From an uncultured Muribaculaceae bacterium (lineage in GTDB: Bacteria; Bacillota_I; Bacilli_A; RF39; UBA660), in contig CAYOWI010000004.1 in NCBI GenBank assembly GCA_964407685.1, positions 1 to 57,561 of the forward strand: a stretch of DNA of 57,561 nucleotides, written 5' to 3'. Of this stretch, positions 1 to 9,619 are shown piece by piece. A program made the translations under genes and the position numbers. The notes under the pieces were generated by a model. It had not been told where the DNA came from and made no database searches. It saw only the letters and a list, made by a program, of their open reading frames with translations. Position 1 is the stretch's first letter; each line of letters opens with the position of its first letter.

Positions 1-77
1 AAGTACTTACCTTATCATCTTGTTATGATGATGAAAAGAGAATGGTTCTTCATGCAAAACTTATTGATAACAATTAA
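1..77 (+). CDS. 3' end of a sortase gene (class B-like), partial at window start
   Basis: The frame starting at nt 3 reads VLTLSSCYDDEKRMVLHAKLIDNN*. It has a TLxxC catalytic-Cys-type motif followed by a conserved Arg, as at sortase C-termini. Stop at 75-77. Confidence 0.5.
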   Translation, partial: VLTLSSCYDDEKRMVLHAKLIDNN

Positions 78-103
78 GTTATAATTTAGGAGTGTGAAAA
101 AAT

Positions 104-517
104 ATGAAAAAGAAAATAATTTTTCTGTTAAGTGCCTTTATGCTAATATTAACTTTTCTATTCGCAGAAATGTTTAGCATATATCACTTTGGCAGTGTGC
201 CGACAATATTAACGGCATTGTATTTAATATCTATTTTTGCTATATTTGAATATTTTGCTATCTCTATTACTTATGTTATTAAGAATTTAATAACGAAAAA
301 AAAGATAGAAATGAAAAAGATTATAATTATGATATTGTTATTTATAGTATTATTGTTGATATTATTATTCTTAATTACCGTTAATGTTGATTGGTTAAAT
401 TGGTATTCATATTCAGGACCATTTTATATAAACGTAATTATTAAAGGAATTGAATTTTTATTACCATCAATAATATTTAGCATAGTTATTATTCTTTTAT
501 TAAAAAAGAAAAAATAG
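104..517 (+). CDS. hypothetical multi-pass membrane protein
   Basis: 137-aa ORF with several long hydrophobic stretches. A GGAG sits upstream of the ATG. No recognisable motif. Confidence 0.5.
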   Translation: MKKKIIFLLSAFMLILTFLFAEMFSIYHFGSVPTILTALYLISIFAIFEYFAISITYVIKNLITKKKIEMKKIIIMILLFIVLLLILLFLITVNVDWLNWYSYSGPFYINVIIKGIEFLLPSIIFSIVIILLLKKKK

Positions 518-601
518 TTGTATTTAATAGGAGATAATTTATAAAAAATATACTGCTAGTTATAAAACAAAGGAGATTTATGTTATAATTTATTTAGTGA
601 A

Positions 602-1354
602 ATGGAAGTGAAGTTATTTATGAAGATAAATGGAAAAAAAATAAAATATTTATCAAAGATTACAAATTCTTTATATGAAGATCTTAAAGTTGAATTTTTA
701 TATCATTCTAACCATTTAGAGGGAAGTACTTTTTCTAAAGATGAATTAGATAAGCTTTTAAATGAAAAAAAAGTAGAAGGTAATCACTCGCTAGATGATG
801 TTATTGAAACAAGAAATTCATTAGAAGTATTTGATAAAGTAATTAATGATAGTGAAAATAAATTAGATAAGTTTATGCTCTTTGATTGGCATAGAATATT
901 AAAAAAGGCTACTGTGGATGAAGAAATACATAATACTGGTATGTGGAAAAAATATGAAAATAAATTAAGAGGGGTTGATTTAAAGTTAGCTTATCCAAGT
1001 GAAGTAGATAGCTTGATGTATAATTTAATTTCTGATTGGAATGAATTAGATAATGTTTCAGTAAAGGATATTGCGGATTTTCATTACAGATTTGAAATGA
1101 TTCATCCGTTTCAAGATGGCAATGGAAGAATTGGTAGGTTTATTATCTTAAAACAATGTATTGAAAAAAATATAGATTTAATAGCAATAGATAATGAGTA
1201 TAGTGACGAATATAAAAAGGCATTATATAATGCTCAAAAAACTAATGATAGTAAGGATTTAGTTAAAGTATTTGAAAAATGCCAGTATAGGTTAAACGAA
1301 AAGTTAAATAAATATCAAAATCTTTTGTTAGAAGTAGATAAAGAATTAAAATAG
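602..1354 (+). CDS. Fic family protein (AMPylase-type), class II with an intramolecular inhibitory helix
   Basis: Fic motif HPFQDGNGRIGR. An upstream SNHLEG matches the (S/T)xxxE(G/N) inhibitory motif. The true start may be the ATG at 620. Confidence 0.85.
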   Translation: MEVKLFMKINGKKIKYLSKITNSLYEDLKVEFLYHSNHLEGSTFSKDELDKLLNEKKVEGNHSLDDVIETRNSLEVFDKVINDSENKLDKFMLFDWHRILKKATVDEEIHNTGMWKKYENKLRGVDLKLAYPSEVDSLMYNLISDWNELDNVSVKDIADFHYRFEMIHPFQDGNGRIGRFIILKQCIEKNIDLIAIDNEYSDEYKKALYNAQKTNDSKDLVKVFEKCQYRLNEKLNKYQNLLLEVDKELK

Positions 1355-1459
1355 ATATGGCTTAATTCTTTTTTCTTTAATTATTTGAAATTCAAGTTTT
1401 GTTTCGTGTTAAAAATTACCTTTGCATTATAAGATGAAAGTGTGAAAGGAAAGAATATT

Positions 1460-2173
1460 ATGAATCAAGAAAAAATTGGCAAATTTATCGCTGAAAAAAG
1501 AAAACAAAAAAACATTACACAAGCTCTTTTAGCAGAAAAATTAGGAGTTACTGATCGTTCGGTAAGTAACTGGGAAAATGGAAAAAACATGCCTGATTTA
1601 TCACTTTTTAAATCATTATGTGATATACTTGATATTTCAATTAATGAATTATTAAGTGGCGAGGAGTTAAACCCAGAAAAATATCAGGAGAAATTTGAAG
1701 AAAACATCGTAAATACAATTGACTATTCCACAAAAAAAGTAAATAAGTATAATGGATTGATTTCTTTAATTATAATTGTATTTGGACTATTTATATCAAT
1801 ATCGGCAATTATGATTTTTCCAAGCGAAAGTAGTTGGAGCTCCATTTATTCAGTATTTGGAATAATAATATTTATGATTGGTATTTCAAGAATAATGAAT
1901 AAAATCAAATGGTATAAAAGGTTACTATTTATGATAGTTATCTTTGCTTGCACAATGGGTGTTTTATTATTTACAGATTATATAAATGTTAAAAATAATA
2001 ATGAAGCTCCAATGTTTAGGTTAAAAACAACTTATACTGGTAACGTAATTTATTATGATACTTTATTTTATGACGTATATAGGTGTAATTTTGATGAAGA
2101 TAATGAATACTGGGTTACTTTAAAAAATAATAATGTTAACACTAAAGAACTAATAAATTATTGTAAGAATTAA
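1460..2173 (+). CDS. XRE-family HTH regulator with a C-terminal transmembrane region
   Basis: N-terminus IGKFIAEKRKQKNITQALLAEKLGVTDRSVSNWENG is a Cro/C1-type HTH. Two hydrophobic helices follow. ATG at 1460 sits behind a GAAAGGAAAG RBS; the track ORF starts at a GTG at 1442. Confidence 0.8.
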   Translation: MNQEKIGKFIAEKRKQKNITQALLAEKLGVTDRSVSNWENGKNMPDLSLFKSLCDILDISINELLSGEELNPEKYQEKFEENIVNTIDYSTKKVNKYNGLISLIIIVFGLFISISAIMIFPSESSWSSIYSVFGIIIFMIGISRIMNKIKWYKRLLFMIVIFACTMGVLLFTDYINVKNNNEAPMFRLKTTYTGNVIYYDTLFYDVYRCNFDEDNEYWVTLKNNNVNTKELINYCKN

Positions 2174-2307
2174 TTTAAAAGACAAAAGAAAGTAGATTAA
2201 TGTTACTTTCTTTTATTAATGGTAAAAATCTATTGTTATATAAACAATTGTTTGGTATAATAAATGCTATGTAGTAAATAAAAATATAGTTATGATAGGA
2301 GGCAAAT

Positions 2308-3162
2308 TTGAATACAGAAAAATTAAAAACTATAACAAATTTATTTGAAAGTACAGAAATAAGAAGCGTGTGGGTTAAGGATAAAGAGGATTACTATTTT
2401 AGTGTGGTTGATGTGATAAAAGCTTTAACTGGTAGTGAAAGACCAAGAAAGTATTGGAATGATTTAAAAATAAAATTATTAGAAGAAGGAAGTCAGTTGT
2501 CCGAAAATATCGGACAACTGAAATTAAAATCATCTGATGGAAAATATTATAAGCAAGACGTGCTTGATACGGAAGGTATCTTTAGACTTATAGAGTCAGT
2601 GCCAAGTCCTAATGCAGAACCATTTAAGTTATGGTTAGCAAAGTTAGGTAGAAGAGAGATTGATAACGTTTTTGACCCATCTAAGGGAATTGATAAAATG
2701 ATTGATTATTACTTAAGAAAAGGATATGATCTTGAGTGGATAGAATCAAGAATAAGAGCTATTATTAATAGAAAAAAGCTAACTAAAGTATGGAAAGAAA
2801 ATGGTATTGAGGAAGAATATGAATATGCTATCTTAACAAATGAAATATATAAAGAATGGTCTGGCATGAAGGCTTCTGAATATAAAGAGTATAAAGGTAT
2901 TAGAAAAGAGTCTTTAAGGGATAACATGACTGATATAGAAATAGCGTTAACAGATTTAGGAGAAGCTGCCACAAGGGAATTAGCTAAAGAACATAAACCA
3001 TCAGGATTAAAAGAAAATAAGTCCATTGCAAAACTAGGTGGTCATGCGGCTCTTGTTGCAAGGGATGATATAGAAAAGAATTTAGGAAAGACGGTTATTA
3101 GTAATAAAAATAGTTTGAAGTATCAATATATTAATGAAGATGAAAAGTTAGAACATAAATGA
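2308..3162 (+). CDS. Bro-N domain / DinD-like (DNA-damage-inducible protein D-like) protein
   Basis: The N-terminal IRSVWVKDKEDYYFSVVDVIKALTGSERPRKYWNDLK pattern is typical of Bro-N/DinD proteins. TTG start lies 5 nt after AGGAGG. Confidence 0.65.
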   Translation: MNTEKLKTITNLFESTEIRSVWVKDKEDYYFSVVDVIKALTGSERPRKYWNDLKIKLLEEGSQLSENIGQLKLKSSDGKYYKQDVLDTEGIFRLIESVPSPNAEPFKLWLAKLGRREIDNVFDPSKGIDKMIDYYLRKGYDLEWIESRIRAIINRKKLTKVWKENGIEEEYEYAILTNEIYKEWSGMKASEYKEYKGIRKESLRDNMTDIEIALTDLGEAATRELAKEHKPSGLKENKSIAKLGGHAALVARDDIEKNLGKTVISNKNSLKYQYINEDEKLEHK

Positions 3163-3241
3163 TTTGAAAAACGCAACCTAAAGTTGGTAGAATATAAGTG
3201 TTAATTATAATAAGATTTAACCATGAAAGGAGGAAGGCTTA

Positions 3242-4168
3242 ATGAAATTTTGTGATAATTTAAGACGTATTAGAAAACATAAAAAAATATCTCAAGAAGA
3301 GTTAGCAGAGAAAGTAGGAGTATCAAGACAAAGTGTATCTAAATGGGAGTGCGCAGAAAGCTATCCTGAAATGGATAACATATTAAAATTATGTGATATT
3401 TTTCATTGCAAGATAAATGACTTAGTCCAAGAAGACTTAATAGATATTGATTCATTAGGCGAAGATGTAAAAATGAGTGTGGTTAAATTCAAAAAAGAAA
3501 AACAAAGAAAAATGAAAGGGTTATCCAAAGCAATATACGTTTTAGCAAGGATCGGAAAAGTTGTTTCTATTTTAGGAATAATAGCAGTCTTACTAACCAT
3601 GATTGCAACACCAGTTTTAGCAAATAACGTAAAGGTAGAAAATAATAAAATAATAATGTTTGGTGAAGAAGTTAAGTACGAAAAACAGGATGATAATATT
3701 AAAATAACATTTAAAGAAAATGAAAGCACGATAACGGATCATTCAGAAAGTTATGTGGCAAGTATGATTATTGATAAAATAGAAAATAGTAAAATGACTG
3801 TAATGATAGGATTTATAGAAACTGCTTTTGTATTCTTAGTTGTTTCACTAATATTATTTTATTTAACATTAAAACATTTAGAAAAAATGTTTATTAACAT
3901 TCATAATGGAACAACACCGTTTACCATGGAAAACGTAAATCATATCAAGAAAATGGCAACGTTTATGATATTAACAATTATTTTACCTAACATAGCAGGA
4001 GTTATTGCAGAAATGGTAATGGGTGAAGAACTTGGAATAGGTTTTGAAATGTTTGATATTATTTATATTTTATTCCTGTTTAGTATGGCTTACGTTTTTG
4101 AGTATGGATATCAATTGCAACTTGATTCTAAAGGTAGGATGTATGGAGAGGATGATGAAGAAAAGTGA
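3242..4168 (+). CDS. XRE-family HTH regulator fused to a multi-pass membrane domain (DUF2975-like)
   Basis: N-terminus LRRIRKHKKISQEELAEKVGVSRQSVSKWE is an HTH. The C-terminal half has about 4 TM helices. AAGGAGG RBS. Confidence 0.75.
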   Translation: MKFCDNLRRIRKHKKISQEELAEKVGVSRQSVSKWECAESYPEMDNILKLCDIFHCKINDLVQEDLIDIDSLGEDVKMSVVKFKKEKQRKMKGLSKAIYVLARIGKVVSILGIIAVLLTMIATPVLANNVKVENNKIIMFGEEVKYEKQDDNIKITFKENESTITDHSESYVASMIIDKIENSKMTVMIGFIETAFVFLVVSLILFYLTLKHLEKMFINIHNGTTPFTMENVNHIKKMATFMILTIILPNIAGVIAEMVMGEELGIGFEMFDIIYILFLFSMAYVFEYGYQLQLDSKGRMYGEDDEEK

Positions 4169-4403
4169 ATTTATTAAGAAACTCCAAAATGAATCGAGTT
4201 TTAGTGAAGAGAGATGTATTTTAATAAATGATGTTTTAGAAAAACACTTTCTTATTGGTAAGAATAATAAAAATAAAGTTATTACCGAATTAAGTGAAAA
4301 ACTATTAATAGAAGAAAATGATGCAGAAAAAATATATAATATATCAAACAATATTATTTTGAACGAGGTAAAAAATAAACTTAAACATCCTTTCGGACAG
4401 TAG
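4152..4403 (+). CDS. small hypothetical protein (83 aa), translationally coupled to the upstream XRE-membrane gene
   Basis: An ATG ATG preceded by GGAGAGG overlaps the stop of the 3242..4168 gene. The N-terminus MKKSEFIKKL... resembles the helical part of HU-like proteins, repeated twice, but this resemblance is weak. Confidence 0.45.
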   Translation: MMKKSEFIKKLQNESSFSEERCILINDVLEKHFLIGKNNKNKVITELSEKLLIEENDAEKIYNISNNIILNEVKNKLKHPFGQ

Positions 4404-4485
4404 ATTAATGAATAATGTCAGGGTACTTTATAATTGAGATAATTTATTTTGATTATAAACATAAGAATAATAAAACATAGTTATG

Positions 4486-4511
4486 GCAAATCTTATTTGA
4501 TTTGCTTTTTT
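4486..4511 (+). terminator. rho-independent terminator
   Basis: GCAAATC / GATTTGC stem with a 6-nt loop, followed by TTTTTT. Confidence 0.6.
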
Positions 4512-4567
4512 CGTGTTATAATTTAATTGTAATCAGTATTATAAATATGTGTAAGGAGTGATGTTAT

Positions 4568-5203
4568 ATGAAGTTTGGACCAGATAAAAATAGTAAGTTT
4601 CCAAATCCAGATATCAAGGAAATTTGTTTTATAAAAAACGTTATTACAAGGCCTAATATTATAGTTGGAGATTATACTTATTATGATGATAAAAACGGAG
4701 CAGAAAAGTTCGAGGATCACGTTACTCATCATTATGAATTTAATGGTGATAAACTTATCATAGGTAAGTTTTGTCAAATAGCTTCAGGAATAGAATTTGT
4801 TATGAATGGAGCTAATCATTGTATGAGTAGAGTAACAACTTATCCGTTTAACATAATGGCAAATGGATGGGAAAAGACAGTCCCTGCTATGGAAGATTTA
4901 CCACTTAAAGGAGATACCGTTGTAGGAAATGACGTATGGTTTGGACAGAACGTAACGGTAATGCCAGGAGTTCATATTGGTGATGGTGCGATAATAGGTG
5001 CTAATAGTGTTGTTGCAAGTGATATTCCACCATATCATATAGCAGTAGGTAATCCTTGTAGAGTAATAAAGAAAAGATTTGATGATGAACTTATTAATTA
5101 CTTAGAAGAAATTAAATGGTGGGATTGGAACGAAGAAAAAATCTTTAACAATTTAGAGATATTATGTAGTAACGACTTAAAAAAGATTAAAGAAATAAAA
5201 TGA
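4568..5203 (+). CDS. vat: Vat-family streptogramin A / xenobiotic O-acetyltransferase (hexapeptide-repeat)
   Basis: The N-terminus [14 protein letters not shown]..., the block GDYTYYDD...[28 protein letters not shown] and the left-handed beta-helix repeats [30 protein letters not shown] are characteristic of Vat/XAT enzymes. Confidence 0.8.
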   Translation: MKFGPDKNSKFPNPDIKEICFIKNVITRPNIIVGDYTYYDDKNGAEKFEDHVTHHYEFNGDKLIIGKFCQIASGIEFVMNGANHCMSRVTTYPFNIMANGWEKTVPAMEDLPLKGDTVVGNDVWFGQNVTVMPGVHIGDGAIIGANSVVASDIPPYHIAVGNPCRVIKKRFDDELINYLEEIKWWDWNEEKIFNNLEILCSNDLKKIKEIK

Positions 5204-5239
5204 CAGTATAAATAATATTTCATATAGGAGATGAATTTA

Positions 5240-5838
5240 ATGAAGAATAGAAAATATATTATTACAATTATTATAGGAACTTTAGTAGGCATATTAACTT
5301 TGATAGGTCAAAAATATTTACCAATTAATTTAAATTTTTTAGCAAACTCTGCATGATGTGGTTAATACCAACATTCTTTGTGCCATACTTTTTAAAAACG
5401 GATAAAAGAGATTCAATTATATTAGGTATTAATTGTTTGATTTCTTGCGTTTTAGGATATTATATTTTTGAGGCAGTCTTTAACAATCATTCTTTTGAAC
5501 TTAGTAGAACAATAGTATTCTGGTTAATATGTGCAGTAGTTGGGGGATTAGTATTTGGGTTAGGTGCAAATTATTCTAATACGAAAAAAAGTATTGTTAG
5601 ATATATGAGTATGAATTTATTACCAGCGGTTTTTATTTCGGAAGGATTAGATAAATTAATTCATATAAGTGAATATGAACATATGATAACAGGTATTATA
5701 TTACAAATTATAATTGGTTTAGTTTTATACTATATTGTAAATTATAAAGATTTCTTAAAAAAGAAAAATTTATTATCCACTTTATGCTTAGTAATAGTAG
5801 GAACATTATCATTTTGCATATTTTTTAGTATTAGCTAA
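5240..5838 (+). pseudogene. membrane protein gene split into a 38-codon ORF (5240..5356) and a 161-codon ORF (5353..5838); either a frameshift or an ATGA-coupled pair
   Basis: The upstream ORF MKNRKYIITIIIGTLVGILTLIGQKYLPINLNFLANSA* has a good RBS. It ends in TGA overlapping the ATG of the next ORF (MMWLIPTFF...), which has no RBS of its own. Joined together they read like one ~199-aa polytopic protein. Confidence 0.4.
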
Positions 5839-5940
5839 ATTAAATTTTTTCTAACTCGGCTACTAGTTTGTGTAAAAAGGTAATAACTTTTGATAAAGAA
5901 GTTATAATTAATATAATAAAATATTCAAAAGGAGAAAAAT

Positions 5941-6579
5941 ATGGTATTTGATTATAAAAAAGAGTATAAAGAGTTTTATATGCCTAAGAGTAAACCTAGC
6001 ATTGTAAACGTTCCTAAGATGAATTATATAGCAGTAAGAGGTAAGGGTAATCCTAATGAAGATGATAGTGAATATAAAAAGTCAATTGAGCTTTTATATG
6101 GAATTGCTTTTACGATTAAAATGAGTTATAAAGGAACACATAAAATAGATGGTTATTTTAGTTATGTGGTTCCACCACTTGAGGGATTTTGGTGGCAAGA
6201 TAATGGTAAGTTAGAAACCCACTATAATAGTAAGGATGAGTTTAACTTTATATCAGTTATAAGACTTCCTGATTTCGTAACCAAAAAAGATTTTGATTGG
6301 GCGATAAAAGAGGCTAGTGAAAAGAAAAAAAAAGATTTTTCAAAGGCAGAGTTTTTAACATATGATGAAGGTTTGTGCGTACAATCGATGCATATAGGTT
6401 CTTACGACGATGAGGTAAAAACAATAAATGAAATGCATGATTATATGTTAGAAAAAGGTTATGAACTAGACACTAGTGGAAAAAGACGTCATCATGAAAT
6501 TTATTTAAGTGATCCAAGAAGATGTGCTGTGGAAAAACTAAAAACGGTTATTAGGCATCCAATTAGGAAAACAAAGTAA
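5941..6579 (+). CDS. GyrI-like small-molecule-binding domain protein
   Basis: The pattern FDYKKEYKEFYMPKSKPSIVNVPKMNYIAVRGKGNPN...PPLEGFWW is typical of GyrI-like/effector-binding domain proteins. Confidence 0.7.
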   Translation: MVFDYKKEYKEFYMPKSKPSIVNVPKMNYIAVRGKGNPNEDDSEYKKSIELLYGIAFTIKMSYKGTHKIDGYFSYVVPPLEGFWWQDNGKLETHYNSKDEFNFISVIRLPDFVTKKDFDWAIKEASEKKKKDFSKAEFLTYDEGLCVQSMHIGSYDDEVKTINEMHDYMLEKGYELDTSGKRRHHEIYLSDPRRCAVEKLKTVIRHPIRKTK

Positions 6580-6683
6580 GTTTATAAAATGGTAATGTTA
6601 ATTCTGGTTGACAAATTTCCAAGCAAAATAGGTGGAGTCTGGCCTGCAAGATGTATATAATTTTACTAAAGAGGTGAAAGAAA

Positions 6684-7319
6684 ATGAATTTAGGGGAAAA
6701 GCTTTTAAAATTAAGAAAGCTAAAAGGTTTGTCACAAGAAGAAGCAGCGGATAAATTAAATGTTACAAGACAAACTATATCAAAATGGGAAACAAACCAA
6801 AGTACACCTGATTTTGATAAATTAATTCCTATTTGTAAGTTGTATGAAATAGGTACTGAAGAATTACTAACAGGAAATAAAGAAGAAATGAAAGATGAAA
6901 TAGAAGCAGAAGGGACTTTAGATAAAACTAATAAAAAGAAGTATGCTTTAGGTATATCGCTTGGAGTGTTAATTTATTTTATTTCGGTAGTGTGGATAAT
7001 GATTACCATTCCCGTAATGGAATTAAATCCAATTATTTCTAGTGCGGTATTTTTAATTATATGTGGTATTGCAACATTTGTAATTGTTTACTCATCAATG
7101 GTTTATAAGAAAAAAGAAGTAAAATATGAAAGTAAAGAAGAAAAGCTAGAAAAGAACATAAATGAGATTTTATCTATTTTGTTTACCATCATTTATTTTG
7201 CTATAAGTTTTATTACAATGGCATGGCATATTTCTTGGATTATTTGGGTTGTTTATGCATTAGTAACTCAAATTGTAAAATTATTATTTATGTTAAAGGG
7301 TGATAATGATGAAAAATAA
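6684..7319 (+). CDS. XRE-family HTH regulator with C-terminal transmembrane helices
   Basis: LGEKLLKLRKLKGLSQEEAADKLNVTRQTISKWETNQSTP is an HTH. About 4 hydrophobic helices follow. Confidence 0.75.
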   Translation: MNLGEKLLKLRKLKGLSQEEAADKLNVTRQTISKWETNQSTPDFDKLIPICKLYEIGTEELLTGNKEEMKDEIEAEGTLDKTNKKKYALGISLGVLIYFISVVWIMITIPVMELNPIISSAVFLIICGIATFVIVYSSMVYKKKEVKYESKEEKLEKNINEILSILFTIIYFAISFITMAWHISWIIWVVYALVTQIVKLLFMLKGDNDEK

Positions 7320-8196
7320 AGGCCTTATAATTTCACTAATTGTATTTCTTACTATAGTATGCATTTTGCTTATTTGTTTTATGGTAAGCGTAATAAACGG
7401 GAAACATGTATTAACAAAAATGTTTGTTAGTGATAGACAAAGTAATAAATTGGTCGTAGATGAAACTTATGAAAATGATTTTGAGAAGATAAATATTAAT
7501 GTGGATGCTGGTGATGTTTACGTAAAAGAATCTAATGATAATAACGTTAAAGTTTTGGTTTATGGCGAAAAGGAAAATACTAAAGTAAATGCTACTGACG
7601 GTAATTTAAGTGTTGCTGCTAAAGAAAAGAAATGCTTTGGATTTTGCTTTAACGTAACTAAGACTAAGGTAGAAGTTTACGTGCCAACTGATTATAAAAA
7701 TAACATCGTTATAAATAGTAAGTATGGTGATGTTTTCGTAGGTAGTTTTTTAAATGCTAATGTTAACGTTGATTTAAACTGCGGTGATGTTTTAATAAAG
7801 AAAGCTTTAAATGCTAAAGTAAATAATGATTATGGAGATATAAAAATAAATAATGCTAAAGACGTAAATGTTAATGCATCATATGGCGATATAAAGCTAG
7901 GAAAAATAAGTAACATAACAGTAAAAAATAGTTATGGTGATATAGAAGTATTAAACGTCCTTGAATGCATGAACATAGAAGCTGCCTGTGGCAACATAGA
8001 AATAAAAACCGTTAACATAAACAAAAACTCATACATTAAAAATGATTATGGTGATGTAGAAATTGGTTCAACAAATGATATTTATATAGACGCTAAAACT
8101 GATTTAGGAGACGTAGATGTTAACCATAATAACCGTATGAGTGACATTACTTTAAAAATAAAAAATAACTGCGGAGATATTGAGGTAGATAATTAA
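7306..8196 (+). CDS. DUF4097-like beta-strand-repeat protein with an N-terminal TM anchor
   Basis: An N-terminal TM helix is followed by many repeats of the YGDI/CGDV/AGDV-type unit (YGDIKI, YGDIEV, CGDVLI, YGDVEI, LGDVDV, CGDIEV). The gene overlaps the upstream XRE gene. Confidence 0.7.
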   Translation: MMKNKGLIISLIVFLTIVCILLICFMVSVINGKHVLTKMFVSDRQSNKLVVDETYENDFEKININVDAGDVYVKESNDNNVKVLVYGEKENTKVNATDGNLSVAAKEKKCFGFCFNVTKTKVEVYVPTDYKNNIVINSKYGDVFVGSFLNANVNVDLNCGDVLIKKALNAKVNNDYGDIKINNAKDVNVNASYGDIKLGKISNITVKNSYGDIEVLNVLECMNIEAACGNIEIKTVNINKNSYIKNDYGDVEIGSTNDIYIDAKTDLGDVDVNHNNRMSDITLKIKNNCGDIEVDN

Positions 8197-8233
8197 TTAA
8201 AAGTTTTATTCTTTTTAGAATAAAGCTTTTTTA

Positions 8234-8262
8234 TTGATTAAAAGTAATAAAAATTGTATAAT
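8234..8262 (+). promoter_or_regulatory. sigma-A-type promoter upstream of map
   Basis: TTGATT, then a 17-nt spacer ending in TG, then TATAAT. This is why the track's TTG start at 8254 is not used. Confidence 0.5.
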
Positions 8263-8292
8263 CCTCTTATAGGTTTAAGAAAGAGTGATGTT

Positions 8293-9048
8293 ATGATAAC
8301 TATAAAAAACGAAAGAGAAATAGAGTTAATGAAACATGCTGGTAATCTTGTTTCTATGATGCATAAATTTATTAAACCATATATTAAAGCAGGTGTTACT
8401 ACCAATGAACTTGATAAATTATGTCATGATTTTATTATAAAAAATGATTCTGTTCCTAGTTGCCTTGGTTATGAAGGATATCCATCAACAATATGTACTA
8501 GTGTTAACGATACTGTTGTGCATGGTATACCTAATAATACGAAGCTAAAAAATGGTGATATAATTACGATAGACGTTGTAATAGGTTATAAAGGATACCA
8601 AGGAGATGCTGCTTGGACTTATACTGTTGGAGAGGTAACTGATGATAAAAAATACTTAATGGAACATACCGAAAAAGCCTTATATGAAGGTATAAAAATG
8701 GTAAAACCAGGTAATAGAATAGGTGATATATCAAATGCTGTTGAGGTATATGCTAGGAATCATAACTTAGGAATCGTAAAAGAACTATGTGGTCATGGTA
8801 TAGGAACAGATATGCATGAAGATCCTGATATTCCTAATTATGGACCTAAGGGAGTTGGACCAAGACTAAAAGAGGGAATGGTAATATGTATTGAACCTAT
8901 GCTTAATTATGGTGGTGATGATATATACATTCTTGATGATGATTGGACGGTTAAAACTTTAGATGGTAGCCCATCAGCACATTTTGAACATACCGTTTTG
9001 GTAACGAAAGATGGTTATGAAATACTAACCCCAAGATTAGATGATTAG
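8293..9048 (+). CDS. map: type I methionine aminopeptidase
   Basis: Starts MITIKNEREIELMKHAG. Has the metal-ligand context DVVIGYKGYQGDAAWTY, HGIGTDMHE and the C-terminus FEHTVLVT. Confidence 0.9.
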   Translation: MITIKNEREIELMKHAGNLVSMMHKFIKPYIKAGVTTNELDKLCHDFIIKNDSVPSCLGYEGYPSTICTSVNDTVVHGIPNNTKLKNGDIITIDVVIGYKGYQGDAAWTYTVGEVTDDKKYLMEHTEKALYEGIKMVKPGNRIGDISNAVEVYARNHNLGIVKELCGHGIGTDMHEDPDIPNYGPKGVGPRLKEGMVICIEPMLNYGGDDIYILDDDWTVKTLDGSPSAHFEHTVLVTKDGYEILTPRLDD

Positions 9049-9162
9049 ATAATTAGATAAATTACCTTTATATATTTTATATCATTAAATAGTTTTACTT
9101 CTGATGTAATGTTTTTAAAAAGAAGTAAGTAAATTTTTGAAGCAAAAGAAAGGATTGAGAAA

Positions 9163-9618
9163 ATGAACCTAAAAGATAATAAATATGTGATTTTAGAAAT
9201 AATACCAACTAGTTTAAATCCTGAAAAAGGCCAAATAGTACAACTTCAAGCTTTAAAAGTAGATGGTATTAGGTTAGAGGCTAGATTTAATTATAGATTA
9301 GATAAAAATAAGATTAATATTCCTGATATATTAGAAATGGTTAACTATGATAACGACTCATTTAAATACGTTAAAAGTAGTAAGACAATTATGAATAATT
9401 TTAAAAAATTTATTGGTAATTTACCGTTATTAATAATAGATAACGAATATACTAAAAACTATTTAAATAGTTTAGAAAATGAAAAATACTCAGTTTTTAA
9501 ATACCTTGGTTTAGAAGTTTCGGCTGATGTGTTCGATGAGCTTATTAAAAAGTATAATTTAAAGCCTAGTAATCATTTGGTTGATTTGCTTTATGAAGCT
9601 TTAATAATGGAGCTATAG
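9163..9618 (+). CDS. hypothetical protein (possible degenerate DnaQ-like exonuclease fold)
   Basis: YVILEIIPTS sits where exonuclease motif I (DxE) would be, but this is only weakly similar. Immediately followed by an MBL-fold gene. Confidence 0.35.
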   Translation: MNLKDNKYVILEIIPTSLNPEKGQIVQLQALKVDGIRLEARFNYRLDKNKINIPDILEMVNYDNDSFKYVKSSKTIMNNFKKFIGNLPLLIIDNEYTKNYLNSLENEKYSVFKYLGLEVSADVFDELIKKYNLKPSNHLVDLLYEALIMEL

Positions 9619-9619
9619 T

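Noticed and set aside
4523-4777. 84-aa minus-strand ORF across the vat promoter and 5' end. The 64-aa ORF at 5098..5292 (-) was rejected for the same reasons.
   Set aside because: Both overlap well-supported + strand genes and promoter/terminator elements, and neither has an RBS or a recognisable motif.
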